From Microcoleaceae cyanobacterium (GTDB taxonomy: Bacteria; Cyanobacteriota; Cyanobacteriia; Cyanobacteriales; Microcoleaceae), in assembly GCA_051652765.1 (NCBI GenBank), contig JBOFUV010000042.1, positions 1 through 40,740 of the forward strand: DNA of 40,740 nucleotides, written 5' to 3'. Position 1 is the stretch's first letter. Every line of letters starts with the position of its first letter. The notes below the pieces were generated by a model. The model made no database searches. It saw only the letters and a program-made list of their open reading frames with translations, and was not told the DNA's origin. Shown piece by piece: positions 8,793 to 18,783 of this stretch. Made by a program: the position numbers and the translations under genes.

Positions 8793-10240
8793 TCCTTGGC
8801 CCATCTGACCATTTTTGTTCTAAGATAAATCTGTCGGGGGGTCATCTGTTGACTGCCCTCACTGTTGCTCTTAGCACAGCGGAACCCCGAAAGGATTTGT
8901 CGCACCTGGGGATAATACCAGTTACGAAAGCTATTCCGCATTGCCCAAGGGCGAGTCGCCCAACTCCCCCCTTTTAACACTCGATGGGGGTCGTCAAAAT
9001 AGACCTGGGAGTAGCCCGGATAGGGATAGACCTGAAAGCCTGGGTAACCCTGGAACCAACTGTTTGTCCATTCCCAGACATTTCCTAAGAGATCCCACAC
9101 GCCATAAGCACTCGCTCCCTCAGGAAAAGCGTAGACTGGGGTTGTTCGGACTTGATAGTGCTGAAGTTGGCGTTGCCGAAGTTGGCGTTCCTGAGTCCCT
9201 TGAAGGGTGTCGTGCATCGCGCAATTGCATTGGCTGCCATTGAGTTCGGCTGCGCCCCAGGGATAGGCCCTTTTTTGCGGAGTGCCGTTGTCCCAACTCG
9301 CTGCCTTTTCCCACTCTGCCTCAGTCGGCAACCGTTTTCCCAAAAAGTTGCAGTAGGCTTCGGCCTCGTACCAGCTCACCCCACAAACCGGATGGTCAGC
9401 AAATTGATCCTCCTCTAGCCAATAGCAGGGTTGCTGAATGGGAGCGTTTACAGACTCTTGCTGCAGCCAGTTCCAGCCTGCCGTCGACCACCACTGAGGG
9501 GTTTGATAGCCTCCTGCTGACATAAACTGGCGATATTGACCGCAAGTGACTGGGTAACGATCAATCCAATAGGTATCAAGCTGAACCCGATGGGCGGGTT
9601 TTTCGTTGTCCATGGCTTCAATCCCATTATGGCCCATCCAGAACTCCCCAGCGGGAATTTGAACCATGTCAGACAAATCATGGGGGGATGAGGGCACGAG
9701 ATCTTGTTGTTTACGACTCCAAGTGCTTGTCGTCCGGTTTGGGGAGGGTGCAGATCGTCCCTGCTGTGAGCTTTGCTGTTGGCTCCTGAGTTGCAGAATG
9801 AACGCAATCGTTTCGGTATGCTGACTTTCATGCTGAAGCAGAAACCGCCCCAGCCGTTCTTGGTGGTCAAGGGGAACACCCGCTAAATGACTCCAAACTT
9901 GCTGCCGAACGGCATCCAGGTAACCCTTCACCTCATCTAGTGCAGGCAGACAAACCCGTTCGGTCTTGGGTAAGCCATCGGCTCGAAACACCGAATGATA
10001 GTCTGGAAACACAGGGGGCAATCCAGCAAACTGCTCTAACCACCAATAGGCTTCTGTATAAGCAATATGTCCCAGATGCCAGCCTACGGGACTAAAGTCA
10101 GGATGGGGTTGGGCACAGAACGTCTCGGCATCGATCCCTTCAAATAACTTCAACGTTCCCAGACGACAGTGATGCAAAGCGTAGTAAAGCTGTTCTCTAA
10201 GGAAGCTTGTAGAAGTCGATTTCACGGTCTTCTCCAACAT
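8789..10240 (-). CDS. egtB: Ergothioneine sulfoxide synthase EgtB-like (DinB + FGE-sulfatase domains)
   Basis: SPVGWHLGH and QHESQHTE iron ligands, RLPTEAEWEKAA, GNVWEWT, PGYSQVYF (catalytic Tyr region) and RNWYYP..RQI. Directly downstream of egtC. Start uncertain (10240 chosen). Confidence 0.82.
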   Translation of the reverse strand: MLEKTVKSTSTSFLREQLYYALHHCRLGTLKLFEGIDAETFCAQPHPDFSPVGWHLGHIAYTEAYWWLEQFAGLPPVFPDYHSVFRADGLPKTERVCLPALDEVKGYLDAVRQQVWSHLAGVPLDHQERLGRFLLQHESQHTETIAFILQLRSQQQSSQQGRSAPSPNRTTSTWSRKQQDLVPSSPHDLSDMVQIPAGEFWMGHNGIEAMDNEKPAHRVQLDTYWIDRYPVTCGQYRQFMSAGGYQTPQWWSTAGWNWLQQESVNAPIQQPCYWLEEDQFADHPVCGVSWYEAEAYCNFLGKRLPTEAEWEKAASWDNGTPQKRAYPWGAAELNGSQCNCAMHDTLQGTQERQLRQRQLQHYQVRTTPVYAFPEGASAYGVWDLLGNVWEWTNSWFQGYPGFQVYPYPGYSQVYFDDPHRVLKGGSWATRPWAMRNSFRNWYYPQVRQILSGFRCAKSNSEGSQQMTPRQIYLRTKMVRWAKD

Positions 10241-10988
10241 GGATGAGGGTTTGTTCGGGACACAGATGCCAATTGCCAGAAAACAGCGGCTCTGAGGCAA
10301 GAATCACTGAGCCTGGGAACTGGGGGTCATCTTTTACCCAGTAAAGCGTTGGGGCAATCCCTGAAACTGCAAAACGACTGGCAACCATCTGAGCACCGTT
10401 GCTAACGATGATAGTGGCTAGCACTTTAACCTGATGAAGCTCTGCTAGTTCTGCCAGGATTTTGAGAGTTGTATGCAGGGCTTGTTCCAGAGTCGGGGAA
10501 TGGGCTGAAGTCAGTTCATCCAGCAACAGACCAAAGATGTGCTCGGAATCTGTCGTTCCTTCAATTCTTGCATAAATTGAATCCCGCAGGCGATCGCGCA
10601 TTGGACGGTGCAAGGTCTGGCGAAATTGATCAATATAGCCATTATGAGTAAAGAGTAAGTGCTCAAACTGAAACGGCTGACAGTTTGTCAGGGTAACGGC
10701 TTGTCCGGGTGTTGCACTCCGAACATAGGCGAGAATGCTTCCCGACTCCACATAGCGACCCAGACTCGGTAAATTCCGGTCACTCCAAATTGGCAACACA
10801 CTTTTGTACGTGAACGGTTCAGTGTGACGCAGAGGGTGATACCATCCCACTCCATAGCCATCTGCATTTAGCAGGGCTTCCTGCATTTCCAGGGGTTGAT
10901 AACTTTGAACGATGAGGGAATGTTTGGGCTTGCAGAGGATGTCTTCTAGTTGGACTGTAGGGCCGAGATAACTCAGTAAGCGACACAT
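10197..10988 (-). CDS. egtC: Class II glutamine amidotransferase-like EgtC
   Basis: N-terminal MCRLL (Cys2 nucleophile), NADGYGVGWY, VRSATPG, FTHNG, GTTDSE. Confidence 0.88.
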   Translation of the reverse strand: MCRLLSYLGPTVQLEDILCKPKHSLIVQSYQPLEMQEALLNADGYGVGWYHPLRHTEPFTYKSVLPIWSDRNLPSLGRYVESGSILAYVRSATPGQAVTLTNCQPFQFEHLLFTHNGYIDQFRQTLHRPMRDRLRDSIYARIEGTTDSEHIFGLLLDELTSAHSPTLEQALHTTLKILAELAELHQVKVLATIIVSNGAQMVASRFAVSGIAPTLYWVKDDPQFPGSVILASEPLFSGNWHLCPEQTLIHVGEDREIDFYKLP

Positions 10989-11084
10989 GATTTAGCAATT
11001 GTTTACAAACATCCTATCGCAGCTTTAGAGATTTCTTAACTCTAGCTCTAACTTTAAGCCTTAACTTTAGTCCTAGCTTTGACC

Positions 11085-11684
11085 CTAACGTTCAGAGCTG
11101 GAACCAATATATTTCAGCTTCCACAAACATCCAGAGACAAAATTAGTGCAGACATGGGCAATGATCGGCACCAATAAGTTACCAGTCGCGATGCCCGCAT
11201 ACCCCAACGCCAACCCCACAACGGTAGCCCAAATTACATAAGGCCACTGTTGTGAACCACTAAAATGCAGTATGCCAAAACACAAGCTAGAAATAATCAG
11301 CCCAACGTCATCAAAGCCAATAGCCCCCAACATCACTCCGCGAAATAGCAGTTCTTCACTCAGACCAGGAAGCAGCCCTAACCAAATCAAATCTGGCCAC
11401 AGTAACGGAGTTAGCACCAATTTCAAATAGGCATTTGCACTTCGATTGTAGGCAGGCCATAGGCGATAGATGACCGCACTCACTAATGTGATGATTAACC
11501 CAATGGCGAACCCCAACCAGAGTTCCAAAAAATCAACTTCTAAGGGCAGCATCGAGACCCGACCCACGTAAAGCCAGACTTTTGAGAGTGAGAGGAGGAG
11601 AATCGCTGTTCCCCCCATGGCAACTAACACCTGGGTGCGGGTTAGAGGCTCAAAGTCCAAATTGTTAGGTGTTTGCTCAACCAC
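11085..11684 (-). CDS. CPBP/Abi (CAAX protease-like) intramembrane metalloprotease
   Basis: EELLFRG, FGILH and AH..TN motifs with multiple TM segments. Confidence 0.9.
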   Translation of the reverse strand: MVEQTPNNLDFEPLTRTQVLVAMGGTAILLLSLSKVWLYVGRVSMLPLEVDFLELWLGFAIGLIITLVSAVIYRLWPAYNRSANAYLKLVLTPLLWPDLIWLGLLPGLSEELLFRGVMLGAIGFDDVGLIISSLCFGILHFSGSQQWPYVIWATVVGLALGYAGIATGNLLVPIIAHVCTNFVSGCLWKLKYIGSSSER

Positions 11685-11762
11685 AGTGAGTTTGGAGTTT
11701 AAGAGATTTTGTCAGTGAACACATCTCGTTATCTTAACAACTATCCTTCTCCCCCTCACGCT

Positions 11763-12914
11763 TCACGATGAATCACTGCGAACTTGAACTTGAGCAATGG
11801 ATAACAGATCAGATTGCAACGCGGTCAGGCTCACCCCAGCTTTGTTCGCGACCAAGACTCCCAACGCCTCCAAGTAAGACTTCACGGGAATGGCCTTAAT
11901 CCCCAACGCATCGGGTGGAACTGCCATTTGAGTTTGATTATCCTGCACGGCAATGATCTGGGCTTGAGTTCGACTGAAGTTTAACACGGCGCTCCCGCCA
12001 AAAGCCGTTGCTGGAGCGACTACAGCATCAACATGATGGTTGAGAACCAAGTTTGGGGAACCCATTCTAGAGTGAGCCGGAACTAATTGGGGAGCCCGAC
12101 TCAGCCCAACCAGCACGCAAGGCAAGAACGTATAGCCCAATTCTTCCGCCGCAGAACGGGGAGACAGATCAGGGTCTAGGGGCAGGGGAGACAGGGCGGG
12201 TGCATGGGCACAGGGAACTTGAAAGGTTCGAACGATCAGGTGACTAATGACGGCCTCCGCTCCTGCCAAGGGATCAACGCCCTGCCCCCGTCGGTAGTTG
12301 GCTAATGCTGGGCTCTCGAGATCGTCAGGGAATCGAGTCACCACCGCGATCGCTTCAGCTTGAGCCTGATGAATTAATATTTCAGATCCTCGCAACAAAC
12401 TATCTGGATTGCCAAGGGTTCCCCAGGAAGCCCCAGAAGCGGAGGTTCGGAGTTCTACATTCAGGGGAGCGTCTGTGATCACATAGTCTGTCAACTCTAA
12501 CCCCAAGGTGGCCCGAGCAGCATCAGCAACCTGCAGGTGACGCGATCGCAGTTCCGGTTCAATGGCTTGATCCAGCAGTAACCCTACCCGGTTTTGACGA
12601 ACAGGAGCCAGTCCCCAGTGTCCTGCAGCAAACCGATCCAGGGCGTACCCCTCAACATACAAGGCGTTTGGTAAGGGCCAATAAAGCTGAGCCCCATTCA
12701 GGACATTGGGGTGAGTAATCAAGGTATCTGCCACAGATGCCATCGCCCGAGCCACAGGCAAAGCATCCCCAGCATACCCCCCAATCGCCGCTCCGATCCC
12801 AGTTGGAACAATTAAAACAACAGTGTATGGCGGTGATCTCACGGGTGATCCCACGGGTGATCCTACAGTTGGCGAGCTATGGGCTTGGGTGAGTTGTAAT
12901 AACCTTTGTAACAA
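11763..12914 (-). CDS. DUF3326 family protein (true start may be near 12842)
   Basis: IVPTGIGAAIGGYAGDA, LITHPNVLNGA, GVDPLAGAEAVISH, AAEELGYTFLPCVL. The ORF-track N-terminus overlaps the upstream gene and is repeat-derived. Confidence 0.85.
   Translation of the reverse strand: MLQRLLQLTQAHSSPTVGSPVGSPVRSPPYTVVLIVPTGIGAAIGGYAGDALPVARAMASVADTLITHPNVLNGAQLYWPLPNALYVEGYALDRFAAGHWGLAPVRQNRVGLLLDQAIEPELRSRHLQVADAARATLGLELTDYVITDAPLNVELRTSASGASWGTLGNPDSLLRGSEILIHQAQAEAIAVVTRFPDDLESPALANYRRGQGVDPLAGAEAVISHLIVRTFQVPCAHAPALSPLPLDPDLSPRSAAEELGYTFLPCVLVGLSRAPQLVPAHSRMGSPNLVLNHHVDAVVAPATAFGGSAVLNFSRTQAQIIAVQDNQTQMAVPPDALGIKAIPVKSYLEALGVLVANKAGVSLTALQSDLLSIAQVQVRSDSS
12832..12866. repeat. 12-bp tandem repeat GGTGATC(T/C)CACG x~3
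   Basis: Read directly. Encodes VGSP/VGSP/VRSP on the minus strand. Confidence 0.8.
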
Positions 12915-13083
12915 CCGTTGTTACAACAGCTTCAACTTTGGCAGTTCCTTGACTAGAGTCTACGGCAGTAATTGCCCAACGCAGCGGTTCTCCCCGTTTT
13001 TGTAGCTCGGCCTCAATAGCTTGATGCAGATGCTGGGGAGAATCCTGCAAATTGACTTCTGCGATGATGAAGTGGGTTGTCAT
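12877..13083 (-). CDS. Small hypothetical protein (68 aa)
   Basis: GEPLRWAIT motif. Lies in the ferredoxin-DUF3326 gene order. The C-terminus is extended by 12-bp repeats (VVTT VVTK VITT). Confidence 0.75.
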   Translation of the reverse strand: MTTHFIIAEVNLQDSPQHLHQAIEAELQKRGEPLRWAITAVDSSQGTAKVEAVVTTVVTKVITTHPSP

Positions 13084-13153
13084 AGGGTGTTGAGTTCGGG
13101 TGACTAAGGATATTGGCGGTAGGCATGAAGCCGAGGTTTAAAGGAGAGAAGCA

Positions 13154-13474
13154 TTAGGCGATTTGCCCAAACTGACGATCATAAACTTCGTCCTCTTTCT
13201 CCGTTTCAACGTTTAGGTCAGATCGCGGATGGGCAACACAAAGTAAAACATATCCCTCTGCTTGTAGTCCGGGGCTTAGGCCCATGCCTTCCTGTTGGTC
13301 AACCTCTCCGGTGAGGATTTTGGCGGCACAGGTTGTGCAAACCCCAGCATTACAGGAATTGGGTAGGTTTAAACCCGCCGCCTCAGCCACGGTTAAGATT
13401 GTTTGGTCTTCAGGGACTTCCAGACTGTAAGTTTGCCCCTGATGCTGGAATTCAACTGTATATACTTTGGACAT
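13154..13474 (-). CDS. Plant-type 2Fe-2S ferredoxin (minor paralogue)
   Basis: LPNSCNAGVCTTCAA...VLLCVA cluster motif. Confidence 0.93.
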   Translation of the reverse strand: MSKVYTVEFQHQGQTYSLEVPEDQTILTVAEAAGLNLPNSCNAGVCTTCAAKILTGEVDQQEGMGLSPGLQAEGYVLLCVAHPRSDLNVETEKEDEVYDRQFGQIA

Positions 13475-13509
13475 GGCTTCTTTCGAAATCTTGCAGTATC
13501 CTAGATCAA

Positions 13510-13561
13510 TCCTACCGAAAAAAGGTAGAGAGTCCTACCGAAAAAAGGTAGAGAGTCCTAC
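13510..13561. repeat. 23-bp tandem repeat with an internal palindrome (TCCTACCGAAAAAAGGTAGAGAG x2.3)
   Basis: Exact copies at 13510-13532 and 13533-13555. Each has CTACC-N7-GGTAG. Confidence 0.9.
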
Positions 13562-13741
13562 GGGATTTAACCTTCTTTTCTGCCTGTAGCTCAAGATTCT
13601 CCCAAGCTACAGTTAAGAGAGGTAAATCAGACAATACCTTGTATTGATTTCCTATGGATCGATTTTATTAGGTCAGGGCTAGCATCTGTACAGAGCTTTA
13701 GAATAATATCGTCTAGTTTCAGGGTTAAGCTTGGAAACTCA

Positions 13742-14626
13742 ATGATGGACTTAATCAACTGGATTCGTTCAGCGGGGCAGCTTGTCCTCTCTAATGTGGG
13801 TTGGATGTCTTGGAATTTGTTTCTGGCTTTGATTCCAGCCGCCCTTAGTTTTTGGCTATTCCAGCATACATCCAGCGTCAGAGTCCGATTGGGAAGGTCG
13901 TCCAGTTTATCTTGGATGATTTGGCTGCTGTTGGGAGTGACCGTGTTGCCAAATGTCCGTCCGCTCATGTGGCGACTGACCCATCTGTTCAAACTCCTAA
14001 ACGAACCTTATTTTCTCCTAATAACCTGGATCACTTCTGCCCTCATGGTCTGGGAACTTTGGCAATGGCGGAATCGCAGACACACTAGATCCAGAACTCA
14101 CTCTTTATTTTGGTGGCTAGGATCTCTGACGTTTATTTTCTTCTTACCGAATGCACCTTATGTTTTAACAGATGTTATCCATTTAATCCAGCAAATCCGC
14201 CAAGATTACTCTGTGTGGGTGATTACCCTTGCTTTAATTCCTCAGTACCTGCTGTTTATGGGGATTGGGTTTGGAGCATATGTTCTGTCATTGATTAACT
14301 TGAACTGTTATCTAAAAGAACAAGGTTGGAGTCAACCCCAGTGGCTAGTTGAATGGATTATCCATGGGTTGTGTGCCATTGGCATCTATTTGGGACGCTT
14401 TCAACGCTTCAATAGCTGGGATATTCTGACTCAGCCCAGGATTGTGCTTGATTCTGTGCAGGAGAATTTCTTAAATGAACGCCCGCTTGTTGTAATTACA
14501 GTAACTTTTATTGTTTTACTGGTACTCTACGGCATCCTGAAACCCTTGACATTGGCAATGTTACCCACTAATTTAATGCAACTCTCGCACAATCCTGAGA
14601 CCTCTGATGTTGGCGATGTTACCTAG
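13742..14626 (+). CDS. DUF1361 family membrane protein
   Basis: WNLFLALIP, FLPNAPYVLTDVIHL, GIYLGRFQRFNSWD. Confidence 0.85.
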   Translation: MMDLINWIRSAGQLVLSNVGWMSWNLFLALIPAALSFWLFQHTSSVRVRLGRSSSLSWMIWLLLGVTVLPNVRPLMWRLTHLFKLLNEPYFLLITWITSALMVWELWQWRNRRHTRSRTHSLFWWLGSLTFIFFLPNAPYVLTDVIHLIQQIRQDYSVWVITLALIPQYLLFMGIGFGAYVLSLINLNCYLKEQGWSQPQWLVEWIIHGLCAIGIYLGRFQRFNSWDILTQPRIVLDSVQENFLNERPLVVITVTFIVLLVLYGILKPLTLAMLPTNLMQLSHNPETSDVGDVT

Positions 14627-14832
14627 TTTCTAATACAGCTTCCCACAAAGCTTTTCCTTGAATCCCTTGAGAATTCTGTTTGCTTCTGAAATCGATCCTC
14701 AGACTCTCAGGAAAGCTGAGATCAGGGGGAAAATCGAGGTTGGGATTCTAATATAGTCCAGAGAAAAACGATCGAATTTGTCCTCAGACTTTGTAATATA
14801 CAAAGCCTGCGATTTTTTGGAATTTAATTACC

Positions 14833-14871
14833 AAACCTAACTTGCTAAACCTAACTTGCTAAACCTAACTT
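14833..14871. repeat. 14-bp tandem repeat AAACCTAACTTGCT x2.8
   Basis: Read directly, just upstream of the ABC gene. Confidence 0.9.
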
Positions 14872-14905
14872 CTGAAATCCGACTAGATTTTATTTCTCAT
14901 TGAGC

Positions 14906-16873
14906 ATGAACCGATTTAACCGTGAGCTTTGGCAGCGATTTTTAAACATCTCTCAGCCTTTTTTCTATCCTTTAGAGTCAGGGAGTAGTAAAGTCTTTTT
15001 GGGACTGTTATTTCTCCTGTTAATTTCGCTGTTTGCCGTTGTTTTTGTCTTAGTCAGTGGAGTTGTTTTGGGTAGCCAGTTTTTGTTTCCAGAGCTTTTC
15101 AGTCAGATTGCTCCAGGACTAACAGAAGCTGTCATGGGGATTTCAGCATCTCACTGGATTTTTGTGGTGGGATTAGCCTTGATTCTACCGATATTGGCAA
15201 TCTCAAAGTATCGAGATCAACTGCAGGTTCGTTGGCGGGCTTGGATGTCCCTTGCCATACTGCTTTTACTCTCAATTACGGTGAGTGGATTAAATGTTGT
15301 CATTAGTTATGTCATCAAGTTCTTCACAACAGCTCTAACTGAAAAAAATGCACCGGAGTTTTGGCGATTCATTTCGATTTATGCGGTCTCTTTTTTGCTG
15401 GGAACACCTTTAGTTGCAGGCTATTGGTACACTCAAGATAAACTTGCTAATCAGTGGCGCAATTGGCTCACTGGAAAGTTCTTAACACAATATTTCACTG
15501 ATCGAGCTTACTATCGATTGCAGTCAGAAGGTCAAATTGATAATCCTGACCAACGAATTTCAGAAGATATTAAGTCCTTTACTGCAATCAGCTTGGAGTT
15601 TCTTCTGATCATCGTCTCTTCCATCATTGACACGCTCATGTTTGGCAGCATTCTTTGGATGATCTCTAAAAAGATTTCATTCATTTTATTGCTCTACACC
15701 TCCTTTGGAACCCTAGTCACATTCTTTCTGGGACAAAAATTAATCCAGTTAAACTCTAATCAACTCAAATATGAAGCTGACTTCCGTTACGGCTTAGTAC
15801 ATGTTCGAGATCATGCTGAATCAATTGCTTTTTATCAAGGAGAAAAGCTGGAAAATGTTCAAGTTGAACAACGTTTCTTAAAAGTTTTTAGCAATTTTAA
15901 TCGGCTCATTAGCTGGCAGCGGAACGTCGCTTACTTTACGCGGGGATATCGCTATTTGATTGTGGCAATTCCTTATCTCGTGCTTGCTCCTAACTATTTT
16001 GCAGGGGAAATTCGATACGGAGATATTGCTCAGGCGCACTTTGCATTTCGCCATATTTTTGAAGCATTTTCAATTGCAGTATTAGAAATTGAGAAACTGA
16101 GTCAATTTGCTGCTGGCATCAATCGCCTATCGGTCTTTTCTGATCTCTTAGAATCGAAGATAGAAATTCCTCAACCGCAGCAACCCAAAATTAGTATGAT
16201 CCTGAATCCGATACTCAGCTTGGATCGAGTTACCCTGCAGACTCCCAACTATCAAAAGACCTTGATTCAAGACTTATCTATCTCTGTTCCGCTAGGAAAA
16301 GGACTGCTAATTGTGGGGGCAAGTGGGGTGGGGAAAAGTTCCTTATTGCGGGCAATTGCTGGACTTTGGCAATCTGGAACAGGACGTTTATTGCGACCAG
16401 AATCACGGGAGATGTTGTTTTTACCTCAGCGCCCTTATATGTTGCTGGGGAACTTACGAACACAATTGCTTTATCCCGATATCGAAAAAGACATCAGTGA
16501 AATACTATTTCACAAGGTTTTGCAATGCGTTAATCTCTCACATCTACCCGAACAAATCGGTGGATTTACAACTGAAATTGATTGGGAAAATGTCCTCTCA
16601 TTTGGAGAACAGCAACGATTGGCATTTGCTCGGTTGCTCCTAGCTCGACCCAAATATGCAATCCTGGATGAGGCAACAAGTGCCCTAGATATCAATAATG
16701 AAGAGCGGCTTTATCAAATGTTGTGCCAGTCTAATATGACCTATGTGAGTGTAGGACATCGTCTGAGTTTACTACAATATCATGATCAAGTTCTAGAACT
16801 ATTTGAAGATGCCAAATGGCGGCTCGTGCCGACTGAAAACTATCAAGCAAACCTGAATTTGGTAACGCTTTAA
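14906..16873 (+). CDS. Fused ABC permease/ATPase of the ABCD/YddA/BacA-like group
   Basis: IDNPDQRISED, EADFRYGLVHVRDHAESIAFY, Walker A GASGVGKS, LSFGEQQR, ILDEATSALD, SVGHR. Confidence 0.9.
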   Translation: MNRFNRELWQRFLNISQPFFYPLESGSSKVFLGLLFLLLISLFAVVFVLVSGVVLGSQFLFPELFSQIAPGLTEAVMGISASHWIFVVGLALILPILAISKYRDQLQVRWRAWMSLAILLLLSITVSGLNVVISYVIKFFTTALTEKNAPEFWRFISIYAVSFLLGTPLVAGYWYTQDKLANQWRNWLTGKFLTQYFTDRAYYRLQSEGQIDNPDQRISEDIKSFTAISLEFLLIIVSSIIDTLMFGSILWMISKKISFILLLYTSFGTLVTFFLGQKLIQLNSNQLKYEADFRYGLVHVRDHAESIAFYQGEKLENVQVEQRFLKVFSNFNRLISWQRNVAYFTRGYRYLIVAIPYLVLAPNYFAGEIRYGDIAQAHFAFRHIFEAFSIAVLEIEKLSQFAAGINRLSVFSDLLESKIEIPQPQQPKISMILNPILSLDRVTLQTPNYQKTLIQDLSISVPLGKGLLIVGASGVGKSSLLRAIAGLWQSGTGRLLRPESREMLFLPQRPYMLLGNLRTQLLYPDIEKDISEILFHKVLQCVNLSHLPEQIGGFTTEIDWENVLSFGEQQRLAFARLLLARPKYAILDEATSALDINNEERLYQMLCQSNMTYVSVGHRLSLLQYHDQVLELFEDAKWRLVPTENYQANLNLVTL

Positions 16874-16916
16874 TCGTTGGCCCCATTCATCTTGTGGGTA
16901 GGAACGATTTGAGCTC

Positions 16917-17273
16917 CTAATGAATTGCATTATAATCAGAACAGCCAACACAAGGGCCTTTAGGATTAACGGCACAGCGAATCAGCTCAGATTGAGCGCT
17001 ATAGCGACAACTTGCATTTCCTAGCACCCAGCGCCCCTCTAGCCAATAGCTCTCCTCCGGGCGAGAGGCAGACTGAACATAGAGGGCAACCTCGGAGAGA
17101 CGATATCGACCGAGCTTGAGTTGATAGCGATGACGACGCTCCAGAACAACATAGGTTTGATCTTCTAAGTCCAGATAGTGACCGGGCTGTGGTGTCCAAT
17201 CAAGGTCAATACTACCAAGAGATTGGCGAGGATGGGTTAAAATAATTTCTGTTGGGAGGGAAAACTGCTCCAT
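16917..17273 (-). CDS. Conserved cyanobacterial protein (DUF6464-like, Cys-rich C-terminus)
   Basis: VLERRHRYQL and GNASCRYSAQSELIRCAVNPKGPCVGC. Confidence 0.78.
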   Translation of the reverse strand: MEQFSLPTEIILTHPRQSLGSIDLDWTPQPGHYLDLEDQTYVVLERRHRYQLKLGRYRLSEVALYVQSASRPEESYWLEGRWVLGNASCRYSAQSELIRCAVNPKGPCVGCSDYNAIH

Positions 17274-17488
17274 GTTGGCCCGTAACTCTTCGCTAGTTCA
17301 ATGCAGTTTCTATTATGTCTAATGCCCTGAGATTATGTCAAATCCTGCTTAATTTCTATCAAGATAAATTATTTTTCTGTTAGGTTTTTTATCAGTTTCT
17401 AGTTGGTATTTTCTTTTCTATAAAATCTATTAATTGCCATAAAAGTTATCCAATACTTTACAGCCATACATAAGCTCAACTTTAAGGA

Positions 17489-18316
17489 ATGGAACTGATC
17501 GCGCAGTGGCTTGCTAACTTCATTGTTTTTGTTCTGGGAGCCTCCATTGGGAGCTTTCTCAACGTTGTAATCTATCGAGTCCCAGCGGGAGTGTCGATTC
17601 TTCATCCCCCCTCCCGTTGTCCTCAATGTTTGACTCGACTGGGGTTGTCAGAAAATGTCCCCATTTTGGGCTGGTTCTGGCTCCGGGGGCGCTGTAAGCA
17701 TTGTGGAGTTTCAATTTCACCTCGGTATCCCTTGGTGGAATTTATCATGGGGCTGATCTTTCTCCTGGTATTCTGGCTGACCCAGACTCGGGCTGAAACC
17801 GTAGGGTACTGGACACTATTCAGTTGGTTGTTGACTTTGGCCCTAATCGACCTAGACACCCTCACCCTACCCAATGCTTTGACACAACCGGGTCTCCTCG
17901 CAGGTTTGGGATTTCAAGTGGTGATGGGAATTGAGCGATCGCCCTTGCCCAACCTCTCCATAGGATGTCAAGCTTTAATGGCGGGAATTTTGGGAGCTGT
18001 GATCGGCATTTGGTTGCTCGATAGCATTGCCCTAGTGGGTTCCGTTATTTTGGGAAAAACCGCCATGGGCGCTGGAGACAGTAAACTAGTAGCCATGATG
18101 GGAGCTTGGCTGGGCTGGAAATTGTTGCTAGTGGCTGGATTTATTGCCTGTGCTCTGGGAGCGTTTGTTGGAGGGGGTGCGATCGCCCTGAAATGGATTG
18201 ACCGCCAACAACCCATTCCTTTTGGCCCTTTTTTGGCTTTGGGCGCAGGGATTGCGGCTCTCTGGGGAGAATCACTCCTGACAGCTTACTTCAATTTCTT
18301 TTTTCCACTACCCTGA
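17489..18316 (+). CDS. pilD: Type IV prepilin peptidase
   Basis: GSFLNVVIYR, CPQC..CKHC zinc site, IDLD, MGAGDSKL, IPFGPFL. Confidence 0.95.
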   Translation: MELIAQWLANFIVFVLGASIGSFLNVVIYRVPAGVSILHPPSRCPQCLTRLGLSENVPILGWFWLRGRCKHCGVSISPRYPLVEFIMGLIFLLVFWLTQTRAETVGYWTLFSWLLTLALIDLDTLTLPNALTQPGLLAGLGFQVVMGIERSPLPNLSIGCQALMAGILGAVIGIWLLDSIALVGSVILGKTAMGAGDSKLVAMMGAWLGWKLLLVAGFIACALGAFVGGGAIALKWIDRQQPIPFGPFLALGAGIAALWGESLLTAYFNFFFPLP

Positions 18317-18405
18317 ACCGAGGATGGATCTTAATGATCCCCGAAGCGAAGTTTAACGTAAAGTTCCAAAATAACAACCTGAATAATTTCTAGTGTTTAG
18401 TTTTT

Positions 18406-18636
18406 ATGGATTGGGTCACGATCAGAACAACGGCTACTCGCTGGGAGGCAGAGTTCATGCAACAGATTCTGCTCGATCATGAGATTGCGGCCCGAATTAT
18501 TGATTTGGGTGCTAGTGCTTATTTAGGCATGGGCAGTCCAACGGCATTGCAGGTTCCCACTGATCAAGCGTGGACAGCCCGATTATTGACTAGTCCAATC
18601 GAGAAAGGATCAGAGCCTTTGGAGGAAGAAACTTGA
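18406..18636 (+). CDS. DUF2007-like putative signal-transducing small protein
   Basis: RWEAEFMQQILLDHEI..YLGMGSPTALQV. Lies between pilD and accD. Confidence 0.7.
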   Translation: MDWVTIRTTATRWEAEFMQQILLDHEIAARIIDLGASAYLGMGSPTALQVPTDQAWTARLLTSPIEKGSEPLEEET

Positions 18637-18783
18637 AAAATTGCCAGGAAAATCATTAAGAAATATTGCAATATTGGTGTAGAAAAATGAAGGAAATGAA
18701 GTTCCTGATATGGCCACCAATTCAGTATTAATTTAGTTGTAATCTGGTAAGGAGTTCAGAATTTTTCAATATAAACACTTTAA

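Noticed and set aside
13510..13561. Palindromic 23-bp repeat as a mini CRISPR array
   Set aside because: Copies are directly adjacent with no spacers, and no cas genes are present.
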